DNA of 64,000 nucleotides from Candidatus Eiseniibacteriota bacterium (GTDB lineage Bacteria > Eisenbacteria > RBG-16-71-46). The DNA is taken from positions 2,592,001 to 2,656,000 of the forward strand of contig OY970178.1 of assembly GCA_963707915.1 (NCBI GenBank), read 5' to 3'. Below, piece after piece: positions 19,540-29,364 of the stretch (positions are counted from its first letter, which is position 1; each line of letters opens with the position of its first letter). The notes under the pieces are model-generated. The model made no database searches. It was not told the DNA's origin and saw only the letters and a list, made by a program, of their open reading frames with translations. The translations under genes were made by a program, and so were the position numbers.

Positions 19540-19971
19540 ATGAAACGCCGCACCTTCCTCGACGCGGTCATCGCCGCGGCCGGAGCCGCCCTGGGGGCCT
19601 TCGTGCTCTACCCGGTCGCGCGCTACCTCGTACCCCCGAAGGCCCCCGAGGACACCACGCGCCGGGTCGTCGCCGCCAAGCAGGACGAAGTGGCCCCGGG
19701 TGGCTTCAAGATCTTCCCCTTCGGCGGCGAGCCCGGCATCCTGATCCGCGGCAAGGACGGCGGTTACCGCGCCCTCTCCGCGGTCTGCACGCACCTGGGG
19801 TGCACCGTCCAGCTCCGCCCCGACGGCCAGTCCATCTGGTGCGCCTGCCACAACGGCCTCTACGACCTCGAGGGACGCAACATCTCCGGGCCGCCGCCGC
19901 GGCCGCTCGAGTCCTACGTCGTGCACGTCGTCGGCGGGGACGTCGTGGTCGAGAAGGCGAAGGGCGCATGA
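19540..19971 (+). CDS. Rieske [2Fe-2S] subunit of Rieske/cytochrome b complex 1
   Basis: Tat-like MKRRTFL + TM; CTHLGC and CACHNGLY boxes; GPPPRPL. Confidence 0.93.
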   Translation: MKRRTFLDAVIAAAGAALGAFVLYPVARYLVPPKAPEDTTRRVVAAKQDEVAPGGFKIFPFGGEPGILIRGKDGGYRALSAVCTHLGCTVQLRPDGQSIWCACHNGLYDLEGRNISGPPPRPLESYVVHVVGGDVVVEKAKGA

Positions 19972-21041
19972 GCCTGAACGACTGGCTGCGGGAACGGCTC
20001 GGCCTGGAGGCGCTCGATCACGTGATCGAGCAGAAGCGCGTGCCCGTCCACCGTCATTCGTTCTGGTACTACTGGGGCGGGATGACGCTGTTCCTCTTCG
20101 GGGTCCAGGTGGTGACCGGCATCCTGCTGGTCCTCTACTACCGGGCGAGCGCCGACGAGGCCTACGAGAGCGTCCGCTTCCTGATGACGCAGGTGTCGTT
20201 CGGCTGGCTCATCCGCTCGATCCACTCCTGGTCCGCGAACCTGATGGTGGGCGCGGCCATGATCCACATGTTCAGCGCCTTCATGCTCAAGGCCTACCGC
20301 CGGCCGCGCGAGGCGACCTGGCTCACCGGCATGGCGCTCTTCGTGCTGTGCCTGGCCTTCGGCTTCAGCGGCTACCTGCTGCCGTGGAACCAGCTGGCGT
20401 TCTTCGCCACCAAGGTGGGCACGGACATCATGGGGAGCGTGCCGCTGGTCGGCCCCTTCCTCGCGCGACTGCTGCGCGGCGGCGACCAGATCACCGGCGG
20501 AACGCTCACGCGGTTCTTCGGCTTCCACGTGGCCATCCTGCCGCTGTGCATGACGGCGCTGCTGGGCGTCCACCTGTTCCTGGTGCAGTGGCACGGCATG
20601 AGCGTGCCGCCCGGCCTCGAGCCGCCCGCGGCCGCGCCGAAGAAGGAGATGAAGTTCGTCCCCGACTTCCTGCTGCGTGACCTGGTGGGCTGGCTCGCGG
20701 CACTGGGCGCGCTCGCCCTGCTGGCGGCGCTGTTCCCCTGGGAGCTGGGGCTCAAGGCCGACCCGTACGCGTTCGCGCCCGCCGGCATCAAGCCCGAGTG
20801 GTACTTCGGCTACATGTTCCAGACCCTGCGCATGATCCCTTCGAAGGTGCTCGGGGTCGAGGGCGAGCTGCTGGGCATCGTGGGCTTCGGGCTGGGCGCC
20901 CTGGTCTGGGCGCTGGTCCCGTTCCTCGACTCGCCCGACGGCCGCGGCCCGCGGGCGCGCGCCTGGCGGGTGATCGGCGTGCTGGCGATGCTCTACGTGG
21001 TCGTGTTCACCTTGCTGGTCTACCGCGGAGGCCCGTCTTGA
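19968..21041 (+). CDS. Cytochrome b subunit of Rieske/cytochrome b complex 1 (canonical)
   Basis: All four heme His present (IHSW-...-IH; FHV-...-VH), GYLLPW, PEWY motif; ATGA overlap with the Rieske gene. Confidence 0.93.
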   Translation: MSLNDWLRERLGLEALDHVIEQKRVPVHRHSFWYYWGGMTLFLFGVQVVTGILLVLYYRASADEAYESVRFLMTQVSFGWLIRSIHSWSANLMVGAAMIHMFSAFMLKAYRRPREATWLTGMALFVLCLAFGFSGYLLPWNQLAFFATKVGTDIMGSVPLVGPFLARLLRGGDQITGGTLTRFFGFHVAILPLCMTALLGVHLFLVQWHGMSVPPGLEPPAAAPKKEMKFVPDFLLRDLVGWLAALGALALLAALFPWELGLKADPYAFAPAGIKPEWYFGYMFQTLRMIPSKVLGVEGELLGIVGFGLGALVWALVPFLDSPDGRGPRARAWRVIGVLAMLYVVVFTLLVYRGGPS

Positions 21042-22273
21042 GATCCCTGCGCCGCTGCCTGGTCCTGGCGGGCGCGCTGCTGCTGGCGGCGGCGCCCGTG
21101 CGCGCCGCGGTGGACAGCTGCGTCGAGTGCCACCGCGGGCTCGACGACCCGCGCCTGAAGGCCCCGGTGGCGGGCTTCCTGCGCGACATCCACGCCGAGC
21201 GCGGCCTCACCTGTGCCGCCTGCCACGGCGGCGATCCCGCGGACCCCGACCCTTCGGCGATGGACCCCGACAAGGGGTTCAAGGGCGTCCCCGCCCGGGC
21301 GCAGGTCGCGGCGATGTGTGCCTCGTGCCACGCCGACGCGGCCCTGATGAAGCGCTACAACCCGCGGCCCTACGTGTTCTCGATGGCCGAGTGGCAGACC
21401 AGCGTGCACGCGAAGCTCGCGGCGCGGGGTGACACCAAGGTCGCCACCTGCACGAGCTGCCACGGCGTGCACGGCATCCGCCCGCCGAAGGACCCCGCCT
21501 CGCCGGTCTTCAAGACCAACGTCCCGCGGACCTGCGCGAAGTGCCACAACCCCGGGTACATGAAGGGCCACGCCATCCCCACCAACCAGTTCGCGCTCTA
21601 CTCGAAGAGCGTGCACGGCGTGGCGCTGCTCGAGAAGGGCGACGTCTCCGCGCCGGCCTGCAACGATTGCCACGGCAACCACGGCGCGGCCCCGCCGGGC
21701 CTGAAGGACGTGGCGATGGTGTGCGGCACCTGCCACGGCCGCGAGGCCGAGCTGTTCGAAGGCAGCCGGATGAAGGCGGGCCTCGACGCGATGGGCAAGC
21801 CCGGTTGCGTGACCTGCCACGGCAACCACGGGGTGCAGCACCCGACCGACGCGATGCTCTCCGCGGCGCCGGGCGGCAAGTGCGCGGGCTGCCACCAGCC
21901 CGGCTCGGTCTGCGAGCAGGGCACGGACGCGATCGTGACCAGCTTCCGCGGCCTGCGCGGCGCGGTCGCTTCCGCCGACAGCCTGCTCAAGGTGGCCGAG
22001 GTGCGCGGCATGGAGACCGGCCCGGGCCGCGAGAACCTGAAGGCGGCCCAGGACGCGCTGGTCGGCGTGCGCGCCGGGCTGCACAGCTTCGACCCGAAGC
22101 AGATCGGGGCCGTCCTCGCCGAAGGGGCGGCGCTCAGCCGCAAGGCGGCGGACTACGGGCGCGCGGCGCTGCGCGACTGGCACAACCGCCGTCTCGGCAT
22201 GGTGCTCTCGCTGGTCGTCATCCTGGTGCTGATCGGGCTGCTGGTCGCGAGGATCCGCCGGATGGAGTCGTAG
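21038..22273 (+). CDS. Nonaheme cytochrome c with C-terminal membrane anchor (complex 1)
   Basis: TTGA overlap with cytochrome b; signal peptide; 9 CxxCH; helical stalk and C-terminal TM. Confidence 0.88.
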   Translation: MRSLRRCLVLAGALLLAAAPVRAAVDSCVECHRGLDDPRLKAPVAGFLRDIHAERGLTCAACHGGDPADPDPSAMDPDKGFKGVPARAQVAAMCASCHADAALMKRYNPRPYVFSMAEWQTSVHAKLAARGDTKVATCTSCHGVHGIRPPKDPASPVFKTNVPRTCAKCHNPGYMKGHAIPTNQFALYSKSVHGVALLEKGDVSAPACNDCHGNHGAAPPGLKDVAMVCGTCHGREAELFEGSRMKAGLDAMGKPGCVTCHGNHGVQHPTDAMLSAAPGGKCAGCHQPGSVCEQGTDAIVTSFRGLRGAVASADSLLKVAEVRGMETGPGRENLKAAQDALVGVRAGLHSFDPKQIGAVLAEGAALSRKAADYGRAALRDWHNRRLGMVLSLVVILVLIGLLVARIRRMES

Positions 22274-22296
22274 GAGCGGAACGCGGGCAAAGCCGA

Positions 22297-22330
22297 CGGG
22301 CCCGGAGGCGCTGGATCGCCTCCGGGCCCG
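22297..22330. terminator. Hairpin between convergent operons (possible bidirectional terminator)
   Basis: CGGGCCCGGAGGCG-ctggat-CGCCTCCGGGCCCG perfect 14-bp stem; no strong U-tract. Confidence 0.55.
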
Positions 22331-22351
22331 GTGCGTTTCCGCGTGGCGCCG

Positions 22352-23560
22352 CTACGCCGGCAGGACCGGCGTCTCCTCGGCCCGCTTCGCCGGCAGCAGC
22401 CGGACCAGCACGAACAGGATGAGGAAGGGCGCGATCAGCAGCCCGAGCGCGGTGACCAGCCCCTCCAGCCCGGTCATCTCCATCTTGTAGGCCATCAGCC
22501 CGCGGAAGCTCTTGGAGAAGAGCTGCCCGCCGATGACCACGTTCCAGCGCGTGCTGAAGATGCCGAGCTGGATCAGGATCGCCGAGGCGAAGTAGAGGAG
22601 CTTCCTCAGGTCCGGGTTCACCCGCCGGGCGCGCGTCGCCACCATCAACGCCAAGGGAACGAGCATGCCGAGCAGGACCTGGAGGATGACCAGGTTCATG
22701 AAGAGCTTCACCGAGATGAGCTGGGCGAGGATCTTCACCGATTCCTCGCTCTGGTAGAGGCGATGGATGAAGTCGAGCGCCTCGAGCGAGAAGTCCACGA
22801 CCACCGCGTAGAAGAGGTACGACGCCACCTTGTCCAGGCACTTCATGTCCAGGACCTGGTTCCGCAGGGAGGTGATCACCATGTAGAGGAGCAGCACCAG
22901 CGCGATGCCGGAGACGATGGCCGACATGAGGAAGACGATGGGCATGAGCACGCTGCTCCACCACGGATTGGCCTTGATCGAGCCGAAGATGAAACCCACG
23001 TAGCCGTGGAGCAGGAAGGCCGACGGGATGCCGACGATGGTGATCGTGCGGACCGCCCGGCGGTCGAAGGCGACCGCGCGCTCGCTGATGTCGGTCGAGA
23101 ACAGCGACAGCGCCCGGTAGACCCAGCGGAGCAGGCCGGTGTGCTCGCGGCCCCACACCACCAGGTCGCGCCGGTACTCGAACCAGATCTCCAGCAGCAG
23201 GATGCCCATCAGGTACCAGGCGTAGACGAACCCGAACATGGCCATCGCCGAGGACAGGTGCGGCGCGAGGAAGATCTCGAAGGAGCGCTCCATGTGCCCG
23301 AGGTGCAGGAGCAGCGGGAAGGGCGCCACCAGCAGGAAGGACAGCGCGGTCAGGAGGGCGAGCCGGTAGGTGGGCTGGACCTCCTTCACGTTGAAGACCT
23401 TGACCAGCGAGGCCAGGATGAACGCGCCGGCCACGAGCCCGGTGAGGTACGGGTAGACCACGATCAGGATCGACCAGTGGATCTCGATCTCGTTCGGGTA
23501 GATGTACCCGATGACCTGCTGCAGCAGCTCCGCCAGGTTGGGCGGCACCTGGGCGATCAT
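22352..23560 (-). CDS. NrfD/PsrC family quinone-interacting membrane subunit
   Basis: WSILIVVYPYLTGLVAG, LLHLGH..R, SSAM, LHGYVGFIFG...PWW, RWNVVIGGQ. Confidence 0.9.
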   Translation of the reverse strand: MIAQVPPNLAELLQQVIGYIYPNEIEIHWSILIVVYPYLTGLVAGAFILASLVKVFNVKEVQPTYRLALLTALSFLLVAPFPLLLHLGHMERSFEIFLAPHLSSAMAMFGFVYAWYLMGILLLEIWFEYRRDLVVWGREHTGLLRWVYRALSLFSTDISERAVAFDRRAVRTITIVGIPSAFLLHGYVGFIFGSIKANPWWSSVLMPIVFLMSAIVSGIALVLLLYMVITSLRNQVLDMKCLDKVASYLFYAVVVDFSLEALDFIHRLYQSEESVKILAQLISVKLFMNLVILQVLLGMLVPLALMVATRARRVNPDLRKLLYFASAILIQLGIFSTRWNVVIGGQLFSKSFRGLMAYKMEMTGLEGLVTALGLLIAPFLILFVLVRLLPAKRAEETPVLPA

Positions 23561-24324
23561 CGCACCTCTCCGTCGAGCTGGGCGTAGAAGACCTTGGGCT
23601 CGGTGTTGAGCGCGGGCTTCAGCACGTTGATCTTGTTCATGCGCTGGAAGCGCACCAGGCGGCTCGCCTTGCTCCGGAGGTCACCGAAGACCCGCGCCTG
23701 GGTCGGGCAGACCTCGACGCAGGCCGGCAGCAGCCCCTTGACCACGCGGTGGTAGCAGAAGGTGCACTTGTCCGCGGTGTTCGTGCGGTGGTTGAAGAAG
23801 CGCGCCCCGTAGGGACAGGCCTGGATGCAGTAGCGGCAGCCGATGCAGCGCGTGCTGTCCACCAGCACCACGCCGTCCGCGGTCGTGAAGGTGGCGCCGA
23901 CCGGGCACACCTGCACGCAGGGCGCATGCGCGCAGTGGTTGCAGAGCTTCGGCACGAAGAAGGAGCGCAGCACCTCGCGCTCGTCCTGCGGCTTCCGTTC
24001 CCCGCGCGGGTCCACGCTGATGCACTGGACCTCGGTCTCGCCGTTCGACTTCACCGTGTAGCGTTCGACCCAGGTGCGGAAGAAGAACGGCTCCGGCGGC
24101 ACGTCGTTCTCGACCTTGCACGCCTCGGCGCAGCGGTTGCAGCCGATGCACTTCTCGACCTCGATCCCCATGCCGTACCAGTGATCCTTCGGCTCGTAGC
24201 CGGGGGTCGGCGACCCGGCGGCGGCGGTCCCGGCGGCGGCCGCGGCCGAGTGCGCCAGGGCCTGCAGCACGGCGGCGGCCGGGATGAAGGCGATGGCCCC
24301 CTTGAGGAACTCGCGCTTGTTCAT
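23557..24324 (-). CDS. NrfC/PsrB family 4x[4Fe-4S] protein
   Basis: Tat-like MNKREFLKG; CIGCNRCAEAC, CNHCAHAPCVQVCP, CIGCRYCIQACP, KCTFC...PACVEVCP. Confidence 0.92.
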   Translation of the reverse strand: MNKREFLKGAIAFIPAAAVLQALAHSAAAAAGTAAAGSPTPGYEPKDHWYGMGIEVEKCIGCNRCAEACKVENDVPPEPFFFRTWVERYTVKSNGETEVQCISVDPRGERKPQDEREVLRSFFVPKLCNHCAHAPCVQVCPVGATFTTADGVVLVDSTRCIGCRYCIQACPYGARFFNHRTNTADKCTFCYHRVVKGLLPACVEVCPTQARVFGDLRSKASRLVRFQRMNKINVLKPALNTEPKVFYAQLDGEVR

Positions 24325-25055
24325 GGCCGTCCTTCCGGCAGGTGGGGGTAGTGGCACTGCCAGCACAGGTAGCCGCCGCCGTGGGTGGCGAGCTCGACCT
24401 TGGGCGCGTCCGGGTTGGCCGTGCCGCTGGCGTGGCACTGCCCGCAGAACTCGCGGGTCTGGGGCTTGCTGGGCAGGGCGCTGCGCGGCGCCGTGCGGTG
24501 CTGCTCGCTCGCGGTGTGGCAGGTCACGCAGGGCAGCAGCGCGTGCGCCGAGAGGGCCACGGTCCGGGCGATCTGCGCGTGGCAGGCCGAGCACTCCCGC
24601 GGGGTCTGCGGCGGCACCGGGTCGTGCGGATTGTGGCAGGTGATGCAGGGCTTGAGGGGGTTGTGGGCCTCGGGGTTGATCTGCGGGAAGCCCGTGGGCC
24701 GCGCCGCGTCGTAGGCGTGGCAGACCGGGCAGAACTTGCGGTCGCGGGGCGCGAAGGGCTTGACCGACATCGGGTCCTCCGCGTGCTTCGCGGCGGGCCC
24801 GTGGCAGGTCTCGCAGGCGAGCCCCTTGTGGTAGCCCTGGGCCTTCTTCTCCCACTCCTCCGCGTGGCAGTCCTGGCACGCGGAGGCGCCGGCGAAGTTG
24901 ACCGGCCGGGCGACCTCGCGCCGCACGGTGGCGGACTGGTGGACCGCGGCGGAGAAGTAGTCGCGCGGGATCAGCACGAACCGCACGAGCAGCGCCAGCG
25001 CCACGATGAGCGCGAGCATCGCGGCGATGCGCGTGACCTGCTCGGGGACCTTCAA
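24321..25055 (-). CDS. Membrane-anchored octaheme cytochrome c
   Basis: TTG start after GGAGG; N-terminal TM; 8 CxxCH. Confidence 0.88.
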   Translation of the reverse strand: MKVPEQVTRIAAMLALIVALALLVRFVLIPRDYFSAAVHQSATVRREVARPVNFAGASACQDCHAEEWEKKAQGYHKGLACETCHGPAAKHAEDPMSVKPFAPRDRKFCPVCHAYDAARPTGFPQINPEAHNPLKPCITCHNPHDPVPPQTPRECSACHAQIARTVALSAHALLPCVTCHTASEQHRTAPRSALPSKPQTREFCGQCHASGTANPDAPKVELATHGGGYLCWQCHYPHLPEGRP

Positions 25056-25190
25056 GCGTCCTCCCGGTTCTGCGGTGCCGCGGCCACGGCCTGACTCGAG
25101 TGGGGCATCCTAGCAGGGAAGCGCCCGTCAGGGGAGCGCAAAACCCGCGATCCGGCTACTACCATCGGCTACCGGCTCCGGCGGCGGTAC

Positions 25191-27008
25191 CTACTCCTGA
25201 TGGCACTGCGCACAGACGGCCTTCGCGGGCCGCAGTTGCCCGGCGGCCGGGTCGTGGCAGGTCTTGCACTCGAGATCCATGCCGAGGTGGGCCTGGTGCG
25301 AGAACTCGCCGCGGAAGCTCTTCACGCTGTGCGTCTTCACGTCCGCATGGCACTGGAGGCACGAGCCGCCCGCGTCGGCGGTCTTGCGATGATGGCAGGG
25401 CACGCAGCCGGCCGGTCCGAAGCGCACGACCTCGCCGGCCGCGCGTTCCTCGTGCGTCCGGTGGCAGGCGTCGCACTCGAGCTTCGCCCGGAGCAGGTGC
25501 GGCCCGTGGTCGAAGGCCTTGCCCTGCCAGGCCCCGCGCTGCGCCTCGACGCCGGTGTGGCACAGCATGCAGCGTCCCGAGCTGGCGCCGGTGCGCCGCC
25601 AGGGCAGCTCGAGCGGGGCCAGCCCCTTCGCGCGGCGCGCCTGGTTCATCAGCTCGTGGGAGCGGTCGAGCAGGGCGTAGGCGTACGCCATGTTGTGCAC
25701 CGCCTTGCCCTGCGAGACCAGCAGGAAGTCGTGCCGCGCGTCCTGCCACGACGGCGGCGGCTGGAGGCCCATCGCGCCGTTGGTCGCCTCGAGCTGGCGC
25801 TGCAGCGCGGCGACCCGCGCGGCGGAGGCGCTCTGCCAGGACTTGAAGATCGCATCGTACCCCGGGCCGTGGCAGGCCATGCAGGAGACCCCGTCGGCGC
25901 GCTGGATGACCGGCTCGAGCGGGCCCTTCGCGGCCTGGGTCGCGACGGCCTCGCCGTTGTGGCAGCCCTGGCAGGTGACGCCCACCACGAACATCGGTCC
26001 CGGCTGGTCGGGCACGCCGCGCCCGCCGGTGCCGGCGTAGAGGCTCTGCTGCGCGTCGTGGCCCGCGCCGTGGCACGGCCCGCAACTGCCCGCGTCCACG
26101 GCGCCCGCGCCGTGCGCATCCGTGCGCACATCCCTCGGCGCGGTGCCGTGCGCGATCACCAGGTGACAGTTCGTGCAGTCCACCTTGTGCTTCGAGACGT
26201 GCCAGTCGTGCAGGTACTCGGTGTCGCGGTAGCGCGCGAGCCGCTCGGGCTGGTTGTGGCAGGTGAGGCAGCGGATCTGCGGCACGTCGCCGGTGCCGCG
26301 GATCACCCCCGCGTGGCAGGCGCTGCACGAGGTGCCCAGGCGCGCGACCTCGCCGTGGTCGAACGGCGTGCCGGCGGCGGTGGTGACCCGCCCCGGAACG
26401 GCGTGACAGAGCCGGCAGCGCGCGGTGCCCTGGTCGGGCGTCTGCCCCTTGAAGTGGCACAGCGCGCAGGTCGTCGGCGTGACGGCGATGTGCGAGCCGA
26501 CCATGACCTGCGAATGGCACGAGGTGCAGCGCAGCCGGAAGCCCTTGCGGCTCTCGGTGAGGTGCGGGGTGTGGTCGAAGATCACGCCCTGGAAGTCGAC
26601 CTTGCCCTCGAGCAGCCGGCGCTCGTGGCAGCGCAGGCAGTTGGCGTCGTCCACCTCGGCCCAGGGCTTGGTGCCGTAGGTGGCGGTGAAGTACTTCACC
26701 ACCATCGACAGCGCCTCGTACTTCTTGCGCAGCTCGGCGCCGATCCCCGGCGAGATGTGGCACTCGACGCAGGCGATGTGGCCGTGCTTCGACGCCTTCC
26801 ACGAGGCGTAGTAGGGCTTCATGATGTGGCAGGTGCCGCAGAACTGCGGCGTCGAGGTGCCGAGCATCGCGACCAGGGTGAGCACGACGAACAGGCCGAG
26901 GGCGAGCCCGGCGGTCAGCGTGATGCCGCGCAGGCTCCGCCAGCCTCCCTGGCCGCCGGGCCAGCGGCCGCGGGGCTGGCCGGGACCCGGCCCCGGGACG
27001 CCGGTCAT
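25191..27008 (-). CDS. NapC/NirT-like N-terminus extended to an 18-heme cytochrome c
   Basis: N-terminal TM, TSTPQFCGTCHIM (CxxCHxM), W..S.H..IACVECH, CLRCH; 18 CxxCH in total. Confidence 0.88.
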   Translation of the reverse strand: MTGVPGPGPGQPRGRWPGGQGGWRSLRGITLTAGLALGLFVVLTLVAMLGTSTPQFCGTCHIMKPYYASWKASKHGHIACVECHISPGIGAELRKKYEALSMVVKYFTATYGTKPWAEVDDANCLRCHERRLLEGKVDFQGVIFDHTPHLTESRKGFRLRCTSCHSQVMVGSHIAVTPTTCALCHFKGQTPDQGTARCRLCHAVPGRVTTAAGTPFDHGEVARLGTSCSACHAGVIRGTGDVPQIRCLTCHNQPERLARYRDTEYLHDWHVSKHKVDCTNCHLVIAHGTAPRDVRTDAHGAGAVDAGSCGPCHGAGHDAQQSLYAGTGGRGVPDQPGPMFVVGVTCQGCHNGEAVATQAAKGPLEPVIQRADGVSCMACHGPGYDAIFKSWQSASAARVAALQRQLEATNGAMGLQPPPSWQDARHDFLLVSQGKAVHNMAYAYALLDRSHELMNQARRAKGLAPLELPWRRTGASSGRCMLCHTGVEAQRGAWQGKAFDHGPHLLRAKLECDACHRTHEERAAGEVVRFGPAGCVPCHHRKTADAGGSCLQCHADVKTHSVKSFRGEFSHQAHLGMDLECKTCHDPAAGQLRPAKAVCAQCHQE

Positions 27009-28229
27009 CTAGCGGTTCCTCGCATCCTGGTCGCGGAAGCGCCTGAGCACGAACAGCGTCAGCAGCACGTAGAACCAGAACGCGATGAGCACGTAGCGGT
27101 GCTGGCCCAGGTTGGCGAGCTTGCCCTCGAGTTCCTTCTGCACCTCCTGGCCCACCGCGCGGGCGCGGGTGGTGAAACCGGCCACGACCTCGGGCCGCAC
27201 GGAGTGCGCGGCCGGCAGCGCCTCGCGCAGGTAGGTGCGGGCCTCCTCGATGCGAGCGTGGTAGTCCTCGGTCTGGAGGGGGATGGCGTCGGCTTTCGCC
27301 ACCAGCGCCGCGGCGCGGTCCACCTCGTCCGCCGCGGTGGTGTAGTCGGTCCAGACCCTGCGGCCCAGGTCGAGCCGGCGCGGGTCGCCGGCGTGGCACC
27401 CGACGCACGACGAGGCCAGCCGCTCGGGCCGCGCCGGCTGTACGCCGTGCGCCTCGTGGCAGGACGCGCACTCGGGACGCTTGCCGCCGCGTGCCACGGC
27501 GTGCCCGCCCGCGGTGTAGTAGCGCCGCTCGGCGGTGTGGCACTGTCCGCACACCTTGTCGATGTCGCCGATGTTGGGCGGGTTGGCGCCGTGCACGCCG
27601 TGGCAGGACACGCAACTCGGCGCGCGCAGGTTGCCCTGCTCCAGCAGGGCCTTCGCGTGGACGCTCGACAGGTACGGCTTCAGCACGTCCGGCCGCCCGG
27701 CCTTCCCCGGCGCGCCGCCGCCGTGACAGCGCCCGCAGGTCCGCGGGATGTTGAGCTGGTAGACGCTGCTCGCCGGGTCGCGGGGCGCGAGGATCTCGTG
27801 GGCGCCGTGGCAGTCCGAGCAGACCGCGACCTGGGCGTCGCCCCGGGCCAGCCGCTGGCCGTGGCCCGAGGTCTGGTAGAGCGCGTACTGGTCCACGGGC
27901 AGGTTGTAGGGGCGCATGCGCGACTCGTCGGAGTGGCAGGTGGCGCAGAGCGCCGGGATGTCCCGGCGCGCGGGGCGCCCCCGGAAGCCGGCACCGTGCG
28001 CGGCCCCGGCGACGAGGCTGCGGTCGTCGCCGCCGTGGCACGAGACGCAGCGCACGCCCTCCAGGGCGTGGCTGCTCCTCTCGAACTGGACGCGCTCGGC
28101 CGGATGGCAGACGCCGCAGCGGCCCGAAGCGGGGGCGACGGCCGCCGGCGCCGCCGGCGCCGGGACCGCCAGGGCGACGGCAGGCGGGGCCGCGGCCGCG
28201 AGGAGCAGGAACGCGAGCAGGGTCTTCAT
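27009..28229 (-). CDS. Nonaheme cytochrome c with C-terminal membrane anchor (complex 2)
   Basis: Signal peptide; 9 CxxCH; same layout as 21038..22273 (CHGGD, GF.G.P.R, PRTC..CH, AP.C..CHG.HGA.PP). Confidence 0.88.
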   Translation of the reverse strand: MKTLLAFLLLAAAAPPAVALAVPAPAAPAAVAPASGRCGVCHPAERVQFERSSHALEGVRCVSCHGGDDRSLVAGAAHGAGFRGRPARRDIPALCATCHSDESRMRPYNLPVDQYALYQTSGHGQRLARGDAQVAVCSDCHGAHEILAPRDPASSVYQLNIPRTCGRCHGGGAPGKAGRPDVLKPYLSSVHAKALLEQGNLRAPSCVSCHGVHGANPPNIGDIDKVCGQCHTAERRYYTAGGHAVARGGKRPECASCHEAHGVQPARPERLASSCVGCHAGDPRRLDLGRRVWTDYTTAADEVDRAAALVAKADAIPLQTEDYHARIEEARTYLREALPAAHSVRPEVVAGFTTRARAVGQEVQKELEGKLANLGQHRYVLIAFWFYVLLTLFVLRRFRDQDARNR

Positions 28230-28233
28230 CGCC

Positions 28234-29364
28234 CTACCTCCGCTCGAGCAGCGCGCCGAGCACGCTGAGGGCGAGCCACACGAGGAGCACGGCGCCGCCC
28301 GCCAGCCGGATGCGGCGCCGGCGGGTGGGGGTCTCGTCGCCCCGCAGCCACAGCGGCAGGAGCAGCACCGCGAAGGCCGCGGCCAGCAGCACGAACCCGC
28401 TCAGCCAGGGCAGGGGCAGGCGCTGGAGCAGGACGTAGGGCGCCAGCATGTACCACGGCGGGCGCACCCCGCCGGGCGTGACGTAGGGATCGGCCACCCC
28501 GTGGAAGCGCAACGGCAGCAGCGTGGCCAGCGTCACGAGGATCGCGAACAGCCCGACCGTGAGCATGGCCATCGAGTAGAAGTGCTCGCGATAGCGGATC
28601 GGCCGCTCGTCGCGCGCCGCCCCGGTCCGGCTCAGGCCGACGCGCCGGAGCGTGGCGAACGTGAGGTACAGGAAGGCGGCGTAGAACCCCGGCAGCACCA
28701 TGACGTGCAGCACGTAGAAGCGGATCAGCACGTCCTCGTTCACGGTCCGGCCGCCGAGCAGGAAGGCCAGCACCGGCCCGGCGAGGGGGATCGCCCAGAC
28801 CACCTCGAGCCCGCGCACCGTGCTCCAGAAGCTGTGCGCGTCCCAGGTGAGGAGGCGCCCGGTGAAGTCCGACTGGACGACCACCCAGGTCATGGCCACC
28901 GCGCACCACCACAGCACCTCGCGGGGCGCGCGGTACAGCCCTTCCCAGAACAGCCGCAGCAGGCGCAGGACGATGATCGCCACCAGCAGCCACGAGCCCC
29001 ACGCGTGCACCTGGTGGATGAACCAGCCGCCCGGCAGGTCGCGCACGATGGTGCGCGTGCTCTCGAAGGCGGCCTCGGGCGTGGGCCGGTAGTAGTAGGC
29101 GAGCAGCACGCCGGTCACGAGTTGCAGGCCGAACAGGATGGCGGCGAGCAACCCCAGCACGCGGGCGCCGTGCGCGTACCGGGGCAGCGGCTCCGCGGCC
29201 ACGTCGTGCAGCACCTCGCGCACCGGTTTCCGCGTGTCCATCGGCGTGTAGATCAGCCCGAAGTGGGTGACGAAGGAGAAGATCTCGCTCAGGTTCACGC
29301 GCTGCTCGAGCCAGTCGACCCAGCCGCCGCGCGCGGGCGGACCCTGCTTGCCGGGCCCGTTCAT
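28234..29364 (-). CDS. Divergent cytochrome b subunit of Rieske/cytochrome b complex 2 (only two heme His, PPWY)
   Basis: QLVTGVLLAYYYRP, VHAWG, YRAPRE, TGRLLTWD, RFYVLHV, RPPWY; ATG at 29364 overlaps the Rieske stop. Confidence 0.88.
   Translation of the reverse strand: MNGPGKQGPPARGGWVDWLEQRVNLSEIFSFVTHFGLIYTPMDTRKPVREVLHDVAAEPLPRYAHGARVLGLLAAILFGLQLVTGVLLAYYYRPTPEAAFESTRTIVRDLPGGWFIHQVHAWGSWLLVAIIVLRLLRLFWEGLYRAPREVLWWCAVAMTWVVVQSDFTGRLLTWDAHSFWSTVRGLEVVWAIPLAGPVLAFLLGGRTVNEDVLIRFYVLHVMVLPGFYAAFLYLTFATLRRVGLSRTGAARDERPIRYREHFYSMAMLTVGLFAILVTLATLLPLRFHGVADPYVTPGGVRPPWYMLAPYVLLQRLPLPWLSGFVLLAAAFAVLLLPLWLRGDETPTRRRRIRLAGGAVLLVWLALSVLGALLERR

Noticed and set aside
25100..25190. GCGCAAAACC-containing segment resembling a cyclic-dinucleotide (GEMM) riboswitch
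   Set aside because: It lies on the strand opposite the downstream gene and lacks a recognisable P1 GAAA tetraloop/receptor; an Rfam/Infernal search would be needed.
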